Counted from the first letter of the stretch, positions 20,390 to 29,869 are shown. The stretch is DNA of 64,000 nt from an uncultured Candidatus Binatia bacterium (GCA_965214605.1 OZ243961.1:1920001-1984000); one strand, 5' to 3'. The notes: generated from the letters alone by a model not told the origin. Numbers and translations: made by a program.

Positions 20390-21223
20390 CTACCCCTCCG
20401 GTTCTGTCTGAGAAGGTTTGTGGGGATAGCGTTTAGTTGCCACCAAATCAGCAGAAAAATTATCGGCGTCCCAAAGGGGCAGATCGTACCCTTCCAAATC
20501 AGCTGCCAGTGCTTTCAGATTACTGTACTGCTCCCATTCTCTACCACCGTCCTCACTCTGGCCGCTGTAGTCCTTTCTGAGAATCTCAAAGCAGCGACTC
20601 ACAATATGGGTCAGAATGCTACCGCGATGATTTTTGTGCTCTCCAGCGTTTTGGAGAAATTGGCATAAATCCGAAGCGGCAGAGACCTTAAAATAAAATC
20701 CATCATCCGTACACGGAGCCACCTCAAAGCTGCCCGCTGGGAGTTGTTCATTTCGATTGATTTGAAGCAATTCGTGGACAGATGAAGACGGTCTCAAATA
20801 GCCCCGTAATGCCAACCGCGCACCTTTGGGAAACGTGATCTCCCGCCCCTGCCAGACTTCCGCCGCCCCACTGTCGCTTCCCAGGGTACGAGAAATTTCA
20901 GCAACGGAAACAATGAGGGGACGCAGCATGGGCGGCTCACCCACTACGGTCATGTCCAACTTAATGTGCTGACGCTCCTCATCGGAGAGGTGCAACTTTC
21001 GGTGTCCGGTAAGAGGGACTGCAATCAGGCATCCATACCTGGCCTGACCTTGGCGGATCAGGCGGTCCAGAAAAGGGACGTTGCGAACCTTGTGACGGAT
21101 CGTCACGGAAGTGTCGTCGGTCTGTAGTACATCAACCGCATACTCTCCCTCTGGATAAGAGAGATTACCATCTACCAAAACCGGATACGGAAGCGCTCTG
21201 AGAACTTCGCCGGCCCGTGCCAC
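20390..21223 (-). CDS. Hypothetical protein with N-terminal LPYPVL motif, third gene of the cassette
   Basis: 277-aa ORF; GTG start with GAGGAGG RBS 12 nt after the ATPase stop. Confidence 0.75.
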   Translation of the reverse strand: MARAGEVLRALPYPVLVDGNLSYPEGEYAVDVLQTDDTSVTIRHKVRNVPFLDRLIRQGQARYGCLIAVPLTGHRKLHLSDEERQHIKLDMTVVGEPPMLRPLIVSVAEISRTLGSDSGAAEVWQGREITFPKGARLALRGYLRPSSSVHELLQINRNEQLPAGSFEVAPCTDDGFYFKVSAASDLCQFLQNAGEHKNHRGSILTHIVSRCFEILRKDYSGQSEDGGREWEQYSNLKALAADLEGYDLPLWDADNFSADLVATKRYPHKPSQTEPEG

Positions 21224-21235
21224 CGCTGAGCCTCC

Positions 21236-23257
21236 TCATTTTGCAGAATCGCCGGCACGACGAATAATCTCCGTCTTCAGCACGATCGGACTATCGGCGG
21301 AAACGTGAACGCTTTCGGGGAGCTCATAATCAATTTCTATGTTCAGGGGATTATCACGATCAAGGGCACCAAGTCGGACTCCGAGCACACGATTTTTCTC
21401 ATCGCGGATCAGATTTTCACCGGACACCGCTTCACCATCGACTTTGACAGTCTTCAGTCTCACAAATTCTTCACCTCCTACGTCATCGCATGTTTCATCC
21501 AGGCCTTCATCTAACACGAATCGGATTTCGCTGCCGACGCAGCGTTCTTCAGACCTGATGTCGAATCGGTAGGACCGTGCGCCGGTAGGGACGGAAAGTC
21601 CGCGTATCCGAAGGGCATTACCCGTCCGGCGAAAGCTGCCACGTCCGCTCCTGCGCCGACGGCTACCCGTGCCATTTCCTTTTCCTTGGTTTTCAAATTC
21701 GTCAGGATCTAAACCCTCTTCTGTTTGACTCTCGCCTTCGGTCGGTGCTCTGCTCCTCCGTCTTGGCACTTCGCGGAACTTGCCCACTAGAGAAGAACGC
21801 TGTCCACCCGGGGCAATGCCATGTTTACTGATCGACAGGACATCGTGGACTTTGAATTGTTCATTACTCGTAGGGGGAATAATCTCGTGGACTTTAGAGG
21901 CTATTGCTTCCAGAGCTTTGTACACCTGTTTACGTTCGTCTGTCCGAAGTTTTTTCAACGACACTTCATTATGCAGTGGCCCCTCAGCTTTACGCACGAG
22001 GCGATGAATGCTTCCAGCATCTTCGGCTTCAGCCTTGAGCAGTACAACACAATGAAATGGCTTTAAACTGGCAAAATTGGCTTCTCGAAGCTTCCCCGGC
22101 AGCTTATTCGTGATCCACATCCCATTTCGGCATAGCTCAATGCTTGTCTTGCCATCATCTAATTTCCGCAGTTTCAAGGCAACATTACCAACCTCTGTTT
22201 CAACGGAAACGTCATCTCCTTTCTCTACCGTATCGAGCGCAGCAGCAGCCCGAGACCCGGATAAAAACTTGCTATAAGCCCGCCTCTGGTCGCGGTATTC
22301 AGCCAATGTAGCCCTAATAGTAGTATGATCGAGGACCTGAGTTTCGCCTTCTTCCTTTATAAACTCAACTCGAAGTTCTTTCTGTGCAAATGCAGCGAAG
22401 AAATTGCACGCTGCAGCCTTCGATATCATATCCCACAGAGACTTCGATTCACGAAAATCGTTGAATCCCGGAACAGCCACAACGGTGCCTGACTGCCACC
22501 GGTCAGCGATCCACTTCAGCTTGCTCATGATATACTCAGGGATCTCGCTGTTCTGTAGAAAAGTATATGGATCGTACAGGTCTTGGTTGAGGCGCTTGAC
22601 AAAATAGCCGTCCTTACTTTTGCTTACACGTCTGCCGTCCTTACTTTTGCTTACACGTCTGCCGTCCTTGCTTTGGTGGGACGCAAGGATAGCGTGGCCT
22701 GCTGCGATCATCTGCTTCTGTTGAGTCAGACCACCATATAAGACATATCGCAGGTCTGAAGCAGGGATAACAACAAAATGGCCGTTCCCGACAGCACCGG
22801 CACTGTTCTCGCTCTTAACGCTCACCCCATCTGCTAAGATTCCTTTCATCCTAGCCTTATCAAGGCCGATACCATTGTCGAGAATGTACAGGGTCCTACA
22901 CGATTCCGACTTCAGACAAGTCTCAATAGCCTCCACAATGTCCTTTGCTTGGTCAGCCAAGGCGCCATTACGCAACCTCTTTTGAGCCTGCTTCGCACAA
23001 TCAAACGCCTCTCGATACTGCTTGATACCTGGTACCTCATCCAGAGCATGCTTTTTCAGTTCAAAGCGAATACAGGCATCCCGCCCAGCTTCACGTGCCG
23101 CGTCCAATGAATTTTGCATGATCTCCCGAACAATGGCCTCCGGATTAAGGTCACCAAAGGCAGCGATGCCGGCTGCGGTAAAACCCGCGATCTCTCCCCC
23201 CACCTCGAAATGGAGATCAGGGCTTCCCGACCGCCGCTGCTTGTTTTTCTTATTCAT
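21236..23257 (-). CDS. GHKL (MORC/MutL/Hsp90-type) ATPase-domain protein
   Basis: Bergerat-fold boxes IVREIMQNSLDAA (N box), LDNGIGL (G1), SAGAVGNGH (G2), SGTVV; charged linker and beta-rich C-terminal domain; GGAG RBS before ATG 23257. Confidence 0.8.
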   Translation of the reverse strand: MNKKNKQRRSGSPDLHFEVGGEIAGFTAAGIAAFGDLNPEAIVREIMQNSLDAAREAGRDACIRFELKKHALDEVPGIKQYREAFDCAKQAQKRLRNGALADQAKDIVEAIETCLKSESCRTLYILDNGIGLDKARMKGILADGVSVKSENSAGAVGNGHFVVIPASDLRYVLYGGLTQQKQMIAAGHAILASHQSKDGRRVSKSKDGRRVSKSKDGYFVKRLNQDLYDPYTFLQNSEIPEYIMSKLKWIADRWQSGTVVAVPGFNDFRESKSLWDMISKAAACNFFAAFAQKELRVEFIKEEGETQVLDHTTIRATLAEYRDQRRAYSKFLSGSRAAAALDTVEKGDDVSVETEVGNVALKLRKLDDGKTSIELCRNGMWITNKLPGKLREANFASLKPFHCVVLLKAEAEDAGSIHRLVRKAEGPLHNEVSLKKLRTDERKQVYKALEAIASKVHEIIPPTSNEQFKVHDVLSISKHGIAPGGQRSSLVGKFREVPRRRSRAPTEGESQTEEGLDPDEFENQGKGNGTGSRRRRSGRGSFRRTGNALRIRGLSVPTGARSYRFDIRSEERCVGSEIRFVLDEGLDETCDDVGGEEFVRLKTVKVDGEAVSGENLIRDEKNRVLGVRLGALDRDNPLNIEIDYELPESVHVSADSPIVLKTEIIRRAGDSAK
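22607..22669. repeat. In-frame 27-bp tandem duplication (2.3 copies) in the GHKL gene
   Basis: GCCGTCCTTACTTTTGCTTACACGTCT at 22607-22633 and 22634-22660 plus a partial copy; encodes SKDGRRVSK-SKDGRRVSK-SKDG. Confidence 0.95.
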
Positions 23258-23603
23258 TGCTCCGTCTCTCTGATAGATAGCCAATCGTAGATGTCATCAA
23301 TCTCCTCCCTGCTGTGACGTAGCGCTCAATCAACGCCTGCAGCACCTCTCCGTGTTGACGTAACGGCTTCCGGCCTTTCCTTGTGGCGGTCAGGCGTATT
23401 CGGCCCCCGCGACCGTGACTCTCGACCCACACGAACAGCAGCCCTCCGGCCCACACAACTATCTGCCCAAGGTCGGCCCCCAAAGCAGCGAGCGTTGGAC
23501 AGCTACAGTGGCCATCTCAAAATCGGTCATGGTTGTGACCTGAACGCGAGTCGCTAGGCGAAATAATTCCCACCCAAGAGCAAGCAACTGAGGTGCTAGG
23601 CGT

Positions 23604-24920
23604 TTAGTCTGTACAATCGCAGGGCAAAACACTGTCTTCGTAGGGAGAGAGCGCTGTGTCATCATCAGGTAACTCCGCCAGCCGTTTATAGGAAAAACCG
23701 CTTTGTGTCCCAAAAAACCCGATGAAATTATTGGCGACAGTAGCACGAATAGCGCGCCCTTCCGCCTCAAGATCACGGCCGTATCGCTGTTCAATCCCGA
23801 CCCACCAAGCGAGATCGCAGGGCGTATTTTTGAGTCCTACTGTCATGTCCTTCAGGGATACACGCGCTTTGCGCAACCCTCGGATACCTTTGAGGAAACA
23901 GTAGGTACAGTTGGACAGCCCGTTTTCAACGTCGAGCGCTAAGTCCCACGCCTGCTTTTTCCAGAACGTCTCCACATCCTCCTGAGTGATACCCATATCG
24001 CTCAGGGGCAGGTAGACGTGTTCCCCTTCATACCCGGCGGCGTGGACCTCACTGGTGTTGCGTTGTCGCACTCGGATCACACGCCGCATTTCATCGCGCC
24101 GGAGTCCCACGAAAGCAAGATATTCGACGCCCTCAGAGCCGAAATACACCTGGTGACTGAGACTTTCTTTCGTAAGGTAAGGATTTGTGATGGGGCACGT
24201 GGCGGCTGAATAGTCCGCAAACCGCTGTGCTGACCGAAACACTGGCCGTGACCGAACAAACCGCTTTTTCTCCAGAAAAATGTCCCGGGGAACCTCCCCC
24301 TTATGGCGTAGGTGATGTTCGTACATTTCGTCGTCGTCAAGACGGCTGTTCTTCCCAAAATGGCCAAGGCGTTCGGTGTGCGGCTTACAGGTCAACCAAT
24401 CCTTCAGAAATGCTCTGGTCGTCTCGAGCTTGAGGCGCGAGGTGCAGGTACGTCTGAATTGGTTCGGCGCATACCCCGTCCAGGACAGTAGTTCCTCAAA
24501 GGCTTCGCCACGCCAACAGTATCCATCTGTATTTGTCTCAGAGCGGGGAACGGGCTGAACGAGGCGGTATGAGGGCAGGCGTACCCACTCCCCGTTTCTC
24601 GCATCCTCATAGGTCTGAAATTCGACGAGAAAAAACGGGAGACCATAGCGATTTTCGACAAGCTCTTTACAACGACTCACAAATTCATAGGTGGCGGGAT
24701 GCTCGGCAGACGTGTTGTTGAACACCACTACATCACCCCGTTCGGGCTGTAAGAGACCGGCTTCGAGCAGGACAAAGAGCATCATGCCGCTCGTCCTGCC
24801 GCCTGAAAACTTGACAACGTGGGGCAGATCTTCATGGCCGGACAGGTCGTACCAGAATAGCTGATCCGCGCCGTGCTTCCTTCTCAGTTTCGGGACCGCT
24901 CTTATCCCTCGCCCAGTCAT
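23604..24920 (-). CDS. PAPS-reductase/DndC-like PP-loop (adenine-nucleotide alpha-hydrolase) protein, phage/defence-island type
   Basis: VVKFSGGRTSG PP-loop, FNNTSAEHPATYEF, CTSRLK, GLRRDE, SNCTYCFLKG, terminal PCDCTD. Confidence 0.82.
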   Translation of the reverse strand: MTGRGIRAVPKLRRKHGADQLFWYDLSGHEDLPHVVKFSGGRTSGMMLFVLLEAGLLQPERGDVVVFNNTSAEHPATYEFVSRCKELVENRYGLPFFLVEFQTYEDARNGEWVRLPSYRLVQPVPRSETNTDGYCWRGEAFEELLSWTGYAPNQFRRTCTSRLKLETTRAFLKDWLTCKPHTERLGHFGKNSRLDDDEMYEHHLRHKGEVPRDIFLEKKRFVRSRPVFRSAQRFADYSAATCPITNPYLTKESLSHQVYFGSEGVEYLAFVGLRRDEMRRVIRVRQRNTSEVHAAGYEGEHVYLPLSDMGITQEDVETFWKKQAWDLALDVENGLSNCTYCFLKGIRGLRKARVSLKDMTVGLKNTPCDLAWWVGIEQRYGRDLEAEGRAIRATVANNFIGFFGTQSGFSYKRLAELPDDDTALSPYEDSVLPCDCTD

Positions 24921-25012
24921 CGTGTCCCCCGGTATGCCGTACTCTGCGCTGTGTTCTTTAGTTGGAAAGAGAGACCGATGGGGCAGACGTGCCCCGCCGG
25001 TGAGAGAGGGCT

Positions 25013-26728
25013 TTAGGCATGGGCTAAGGGACCGCGCAACAACTGGCCGGGCAGCGCCCCGGTATGTTCGTTATTATGCAGCACGACCTGACCGTTGACT
25101 ACAGTGGCTAGGAAACCGGCTGCTTTTTGCTTGAGCCGGCGCGCACCGGCCGGCAGGTCATAGGTCAGCTCCGGCATCATCGGGGCGACCGTGTCAGGAT
25201 TAAAGACCACCACATCGGCCGTCATCCCCTCACGCAATAGGCCACGGCTGCTAAGCCCCCACTGTGAGGCCGGCACAAAGCTCAGCATCCGCACCGCCTC
25301 TTCAAGCGTCACCTGCTGTTTCTCACGGACCCAATAGCTGAGCAGATGGGTCTGCAACGAGGAATCCATGATCTGGGATACATGTGCCCCAGAATCCGAG
25401 AAGGTCACAACCGAACGCGGGTGTTTGATCATCTGGAGAGCGTGGTCCTGATCCTCGTTAGCTAGGGGTTGCAGGTAGAACTGCTTGAGGCCCTTGTCAA
25501 GAGCCAGATCGATGAATACATCAACCGGGTCTTTGCCCTGCTCCGCAGCGATCTCGGCGATCGAGCGGTGGGGCGGATTGGGCCGGTCCATGACGAACAG
25601 CCAGTCATAGTCTGCAGCTCTTGCCTCGGGGCCGGTCCCCCGACCGCCGTCGGGATCCTGATTGTGGGCTTCTTCGACGAGCTTACGGCGAAAGTCAGGA
25701 TGGCGAAGCGCAGCGTCTTTTTCTTCCAGCGAGCCCATTTTTTTCAACCGTCGCCAGGTCGGCAGACGGTCAAATGGCGTATTGGTCTCAAACGACAAGA
25801 CCGCGTTCAGCGACCGACTATGGACCTGAAGAAACATCCGTCCCCCGGCCGCTGCGGTCTCATCGGCCAACTCATAATAGGACTGCCAGCAGTCCGGGGC
25901 TCGCCGCATGGTGAACATGCCGTAGGTCACCGGCACGCCAGTCTCAACGGCCAAGGCTTTAAGACGGCTCTGATAGTCCTGGATGCGTTCAGGATCACGG
26001 CCGGTGTCTTCCCCGGCGATCTCAAAAATGCCGGCCCCCAGCTCGCCCATCACCCCAACTAGTTGGCGGACTTCCTCCCAGTTCGCCAAGCGGCTGGCCA
26101 CCGGCTGGCGCTGAGGAGTCTGATGGTTGCGCGTCCGTGAGGTGGTAAAACCCATTGCGCCGGCCTGAATGGCCTCACGTACTTGCTGCTTCATACGCCC
26201 CAGGTCGTCCTCGGTCGCCTCATCGGTAAACGCCCGCTCGCCCATGATATAGGTCCGCAGTGCCGAATGACCCATATAGGCCCCATAGTTAATCCCCTTG
26301 GGCAAACGCTCAACGCTATCCAGATATTCAGGGAAGGTCTCCCAGGTCCAGTTGATGCCAGCGTTCATAGCCTCGGGGGCGATGTCTTCGGCGCGCTCCA
26401 GATTGCGCATCACCATGTCTTTTTCGCTCTCCTTGCACGGCGCGAGCGAAAAGCCACAGTTGCCCATAATCACGCTGGTAATGCCGTGCCAGCATGAGCA
26501 GGTGCCCAGCGGGTCCCAGGACACCTGGGCGTCCATGTGGGTATGGCCGTCAATAAAGCCGGGAGCGACAATATGGCCCTCGGCGTCAATCCGCCCCTTG
26601 GCGCTCTCTCCCCGAATCCGGCCGATCGAGGCAATTTTGCCGTCAAGGATGCCAACGTCAGCCCGAAAGCGGGGCAGGCCCGAGCCGTCTACCACCGTTC
26701 CATTATGAATAATCAGATCGTACTGCAT
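25013..26728 (-). CDS. N-acyl-D-amino-acid deacylase-like amidohydrolase
   Basis: GTVVDGSG, PGFIDGHTHMD, GNCGFSLAP, SDSGAH. Confidence 0.92.
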   Translation of the reverse strand: MQYDLIIHNGTVVDGSGLPRFRADVGILDGKIASIGRIRGESAKGRIDAEGHIVAPGFIDGHTHMDAQVSWDPLGTCSCWHGITSVIMGNCGFSLAPCKESEKDMVMRNLERAEDIAPEAMNAGINWTWETFPEYLDSVERLPKGINYGAYMGHSALRTYIMGERAFTDEATEDDLGRMKQQVREAIQAGAMGFTTSRTRNHQTPQRQPVASRLANWEEVRQLVGVMGELGAGIFEIAGEDTGRDPERIQDYQSRLKALAVETGVPVTYGMFTMRRAPDCWQSYYELADETAAAGGRMFLQVHSRSLNAVLSFETNTPFDRLPTWRRLKKMGSLEEKDAALRHPDFRRKLVEEAHNQDPDGGRGTGPEARAADYDWLFVMDRPNPPHRSIAEIAAEQGKDPVDVFIDLALDKGLKQFYLQPLANEDQDHALQMIKHPRSVVTFSDSGAHVSQIMDSSLQTHLLSYWVREKQQVTLEEAVRMLSFVPASQWGLSSRGLLREGMTADVVVFNPDTVAPMMPELTYDLPAGARRLKQKAAGFLATVVNGQVVLHNNEHTGALPGQLLRGPLAHA

Positions 26729-26747
26729 GGGACCTCCTTACTGTGCC

Positions 26748-27170
26748 CTACGGGTCAAGCCGCGCTGAGGCGTAGCCGCTGATTACTTCGACGCCGTCCT
26801 GATTCACGGTTGAGACGTCAAGATCGACAATCGGCTGTTCGCCTTCCATCCGAATCTCTTTGACGGTCGCCTTGGCGGTCAGGCTGTCGCCAGGCCAGAC
26901 CTGGCGGGTAAAGCGCACCCCATACTTGGTCAGACGCCCGTCACCAACATAGTTGGTCAACATTTTGCCGGTCATACCCATGCTGAGCATACCGTGGGCG
27001 AACACTGAGGGATAGCCGGCAACCTTGGTGGTAAAAACCTCATCTGTATGAACCGGGTTGTAGTCCCCGGACGCGCCTGCATATTGAACCAGCTGGGTTC
27101 GGGTGAGATTTTCGACAACTTGCTCTTGGTAGCTATCACCGACGTTGAGCTCACGCGCTGATAAGGCCAT
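26748..27170 (-). CDS. MaoC-family (R)-hydratase/dehydratase
   Basis: YAGASGDYNPVH, FAHGML, V.PGDSL. Confidence 0.9.
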   Translation of the reverse strand: MALSARELNVGDSYQEQVVENLTRTQLVQYAGASGDYNPVHTDEVFTTKVAGYPSVFAHGMLSMGMTGKMLTNYVGDGRLTKYGVRFTRQVWPGDSLTAKATVKEIRMEGEQPIVDLDVSTVNQDGVEVISGYASARLDP

Positions 27171-27172
27171 AG

Positions 27173-27673
27173 TTATCCTCCTTGCTGATCAACCGGCCGT
27201 TCGGTCTGCACTCCAACACCGCGGGCGGTGATCACCAACTCACCGTTCTGATCCCGATACTCGATGATGGTCTCTGAAAAGATCAGTTTGCCTGACCGCC
27301 GCCCCTGCTTTTCCCACTTTTTGCCGGGCTTCTGGGTCGCCGTTAACATATCGCCCGGTTTAAGATGGCGATGATACTCGAAGTGCTGCTCGGCGTGCAG
27401 ACCCCCGCCCCCGCCTCCGCTCCCGCCTTCCTTTCTCTGTATGCCGGTGGGTTCCTTCCCCGAACCGATCCAGGGCTGTCCACTTTTAGGCCGCAGAAAA
27501 TAATCGGGATCGAACTGGGCACTGGCCTGGGCAAAGGTTGGCGGAGCGATGATCGTCCCCGGCTCCGTAGTCTGGGCATAGTTTTCATCGTGATAAATCT
27601 TGTTCTCGTCTCCAACCGAACGGGCAAACATCATGATATGGCCGGCCTCGACCGGGAATTTGTCTACTGCCAT
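27173..27673 (-). CDS. MaoC-like/FAS1 N-terminal dehydratase partner (hot-dog fold)
   Basis: VEAGHIMMFARSVGD, IAPPTF, LHAEQHFEYHR.L.PGD. Confidence 0.87.
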   Translation of the reverse strand: MAVDKFPVEAGHIMMFARSVGDENKIYHDENYAQTTEPGTIIAPPTFAQASAQFDPDYFLRPKSGQPWIGSGKEPTGIQRKEGGSGGGGGGLHAEQHFEYHRHLKPGDMLTATQKPGKKWEKQGRRSGKLIFSETIIEYRDQNGELVITARGVGVQTERPVDQQGG

Positions 27674-27725
27674 GGTGCTATCTCCCTCCTGATCGTGGGG
27701 GTGGGCAACGCCCCACTCGACTGGA

Positions 27726-28496
27726 CTATGCGCTCAGATGTGTATCGTAGAACGTTAAGACCCGGTGCCACATATCCTGTGCGGCAACCGGCCGATAGCT
27801 GTCCCGATAGTCGGCGAAGAAGGCATGTCCGGCGTTGGGATACATCCGCATTTCATACGCCTTGCCATGCTTGTCGAGTTCGGCTTTGAGCCGCTCGGCA
27901 TGCTCGGGCGACGGATTAGGATCTTCTTCGCCAAAGAGCCCCAGCAGTGGGCAGTTCAGATCCGCAATCATGTTGATCGGTGGAACTGGACGAGTGCCCT
28001 CATGCTCGTTGGGGCCGTCTTGGGTGATGAAACCACCGGCCGAATCCACCGCGGCATCTAGGTTGTTGCTAGTACAGCCGAACATCAGCGTATAGCGTCC
28101 GCCCGAACAGAAGCCGATCGCGCCAACCTTCCCGTTGGAGTCGGCCTGGCTCTTGATGTACTGCGCGCCAGCGTCTAGGTCGCCCATGGCTTGTGAGTCG
28201 GGGACCGAGAACATAATTTTCATCACATTCTGGAGCATGGTATCCGGGTTGCTTAAATCAGGTGTTCCCTCACGAGTGTACATATCCGGTGCTAGGGCAA
28301 TATAACCTTCTCTGGCAAAGCGGTTGGCCACATCCTTGATATGGTCGTTCAGACCAAAAGCTTCCATAATTACAATCACGCCGGGATGCGGGCCCGACGT
28401 AGTTGGACGGCTCAGATACGCGCTGACGGGAGTGCCGCCATGACCAGAATAGTGCATCATTTCAGACTGGACCTCTGGTGGTCTCATACGCTTCAC
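27726..28496 (-). CDS. Dienelactone hydrolase family protein
   Basis: EAFGLNDHI, GFCSGG nucleophile motif, YPNAGHAF. Confidence 0.92.
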   Translation of the reverse strand: MKRMRPPEVQSEMMHYSGHGGTPVSAYLSRPTTSGPHPGVIVIMEAFGLNDHIKDVANRFAREGYIALAPDMYTREGTPDLSNPDTMLQNVMKIMFSVPDSQAMGDLDAGAQYIKSQADSNGKVGAIGFCSGGRYTLMFGCTSNNLDAAVDSAGGFITQDGPNEHEGTRPVPPINMIADLNCPLLGLFGEEDPNPSPEHAERLKAELDKHGKAYEMRMYPNAGHAFFADYRDSYRPVAAQDMWHRVLTFYDTHLSA

Positions 28497-28637
28497 CTCC
28501 TAATATAGAGAATTGTGTGATGCCGGGAGCATACGTCCGCCGTTCTTTTCTTGCAAGCCTAGGCCACGTGCCAAAGCTTGCCGATAAGATCGGAAGGTGC
28601 TAGGCGTCAGTGACGAACGAGAGCAAGGAGGACTGTC

Positions 28638-29747
28638 ATGGAACGCACCTATAACGTCATTGATTCTGACGGTCACGTGTTAGAGCCGCCCAATTTCTGG
28701 ACCGAGTACATTGACCCTGAGCACCGTGAACGCGCGCCCGAGCTGTTTATTGATACCGATGGCAGAGAGCGCCTGCGCATCGAGGGCAAGGTGTACGGTG
28801 GACCGACTGGTTTGGGTCTCGTCGGGGCCATTGGCGCCCGACAGGGCGACACCTCAATCAAGATCAAATACACCGAGGGCAGAAAGGGAGGTTTTGATCC
28901 CCACGCCCGGATTCCGGACCTGGATCTCGACGGTATTGACGCCGTTTTTCTGTATCCGAGCATCGGTCTGTTCGCCGGAGCAATACAGGATCCGCAGCTC
29001 GCGGCCGCGGCCAGCCGGGCCTATAACCGCTGGTTAGCCGACTACTGCAAACCGTATCCCGATCGCCTGTTCGGCGTGGCTATGCTGCCCATGCAATCCA
29101 TTGACCTGGCGATTGAAGAGATGCGTTACGCCCGTAACGAACTGAACATGAGCAGCGGCTTTCTGCGGCCCAACCCCTACAACAACCGGATGCTCGGCCA
29201 CCCGGACTACGATGTGTTCTGGGCTGAAGCCCAGGAACTCGACTTTTCGATCGGCATCCATGAAGGCACAGGCGGCATGCCCGCGGTTGGCGTCGAACGG
29301 TTTGAGAGCCTGAGCGCCAAGCACATGGTATCCCACACCATGGAGATGATGCTGGCTAGTCTGAGTATCATTTGGGACGGGGTGTGCGAGCGCTTCCCCA
29401 AGGTTCGGATCGGCTTTATGGAATCGGGCGGCGGCTGGATTGCCCCGTGGCTCGACCGCATGGATCGTCACTTTGACGATAAGGGGCTGTTCAACGACTC
29501 CTCACTGACTATGCGCCCCAGCGAATATTTCCAGCGCCAGTGCTGGATTTCCTACGAACCAGTTGAGGGCAGCCTGACCCATCTGGTCGATTATGTAGGT
29601 CCGACCAAGATTCTGTGGGCGACCGATTATCCTCATCCGGACGGTTTTTTCCCCGGAGCCCCAGCCCAGATTGCCGAGAAACTGCCCGAAAAATACCGCC
29701 GCAAAGTCCTGGCTGAAGGGGCCATGCAGTTCTACGGTCTGAGTTGA
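28638..29747 (+). CDS. Amidohydrolase family 2
   Basis: VIDSDGH, AYNRWLADYC, ERFPKVR, WATDYPH. Confidence 0.92.
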   Translation: MERTYNVIDSDGHVLEPPNFWTEYIDPEHRERAPELFIDTDGRERLRIEGKVYGGPTGLGLVGAIGARQGDTSIKIKYTEGRKGGFDPHARIPDLDLDGIDAVFLYPSIGLFAGAIQDPQLAAAASRAYNRWLADYCKPYPDRLFGVAMLPMQSIDLAIEEMRYARNELNMSSGFLRPNPYNNRMLGHPDYDVFWAEAQELDFSIGIHEGTGGMPAVGVERFESLSAKHMVSHTMEMMLASLSIIWDGVCERFPKVRIGFMESGGGWIAPWLDRMDRHFDDKGLFNDSSLTMRPSEYFQRQCWISYEPVEGSLTHLVDYVGPTKILWATDYPHPDGFFPGAPAQIAEKLPEKYRRKVLAEGAMQFYGLS

Positions 29748-29869
29748 GAAACACGCGCTCGCCTTAGGGGTCCCCCCCTCCTCCGTCCGTCAACAGCACG
29801 ACAGAATGAGCGAGGTGATACGCCCTCTTTCCCAGAGAGGGGGCTGAGATAAGGGCCCCTGCCGTGGCC

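Noticed and set aside
21236-23257. Histidine kinase, Hsp90 or MutL call
   Set aside because: No H-box, sensor domain or response regulator, and no Hsp90/MutL signatures beyond the GHKL boxes.
23604-24920. Annotating the gene as cysH, or the cassette as canonical Dnd/Ssp/BREX
   Set aside because: It lacks the CysH C-terminal ECGLH motif, and none of the partner genes of those systems is present.
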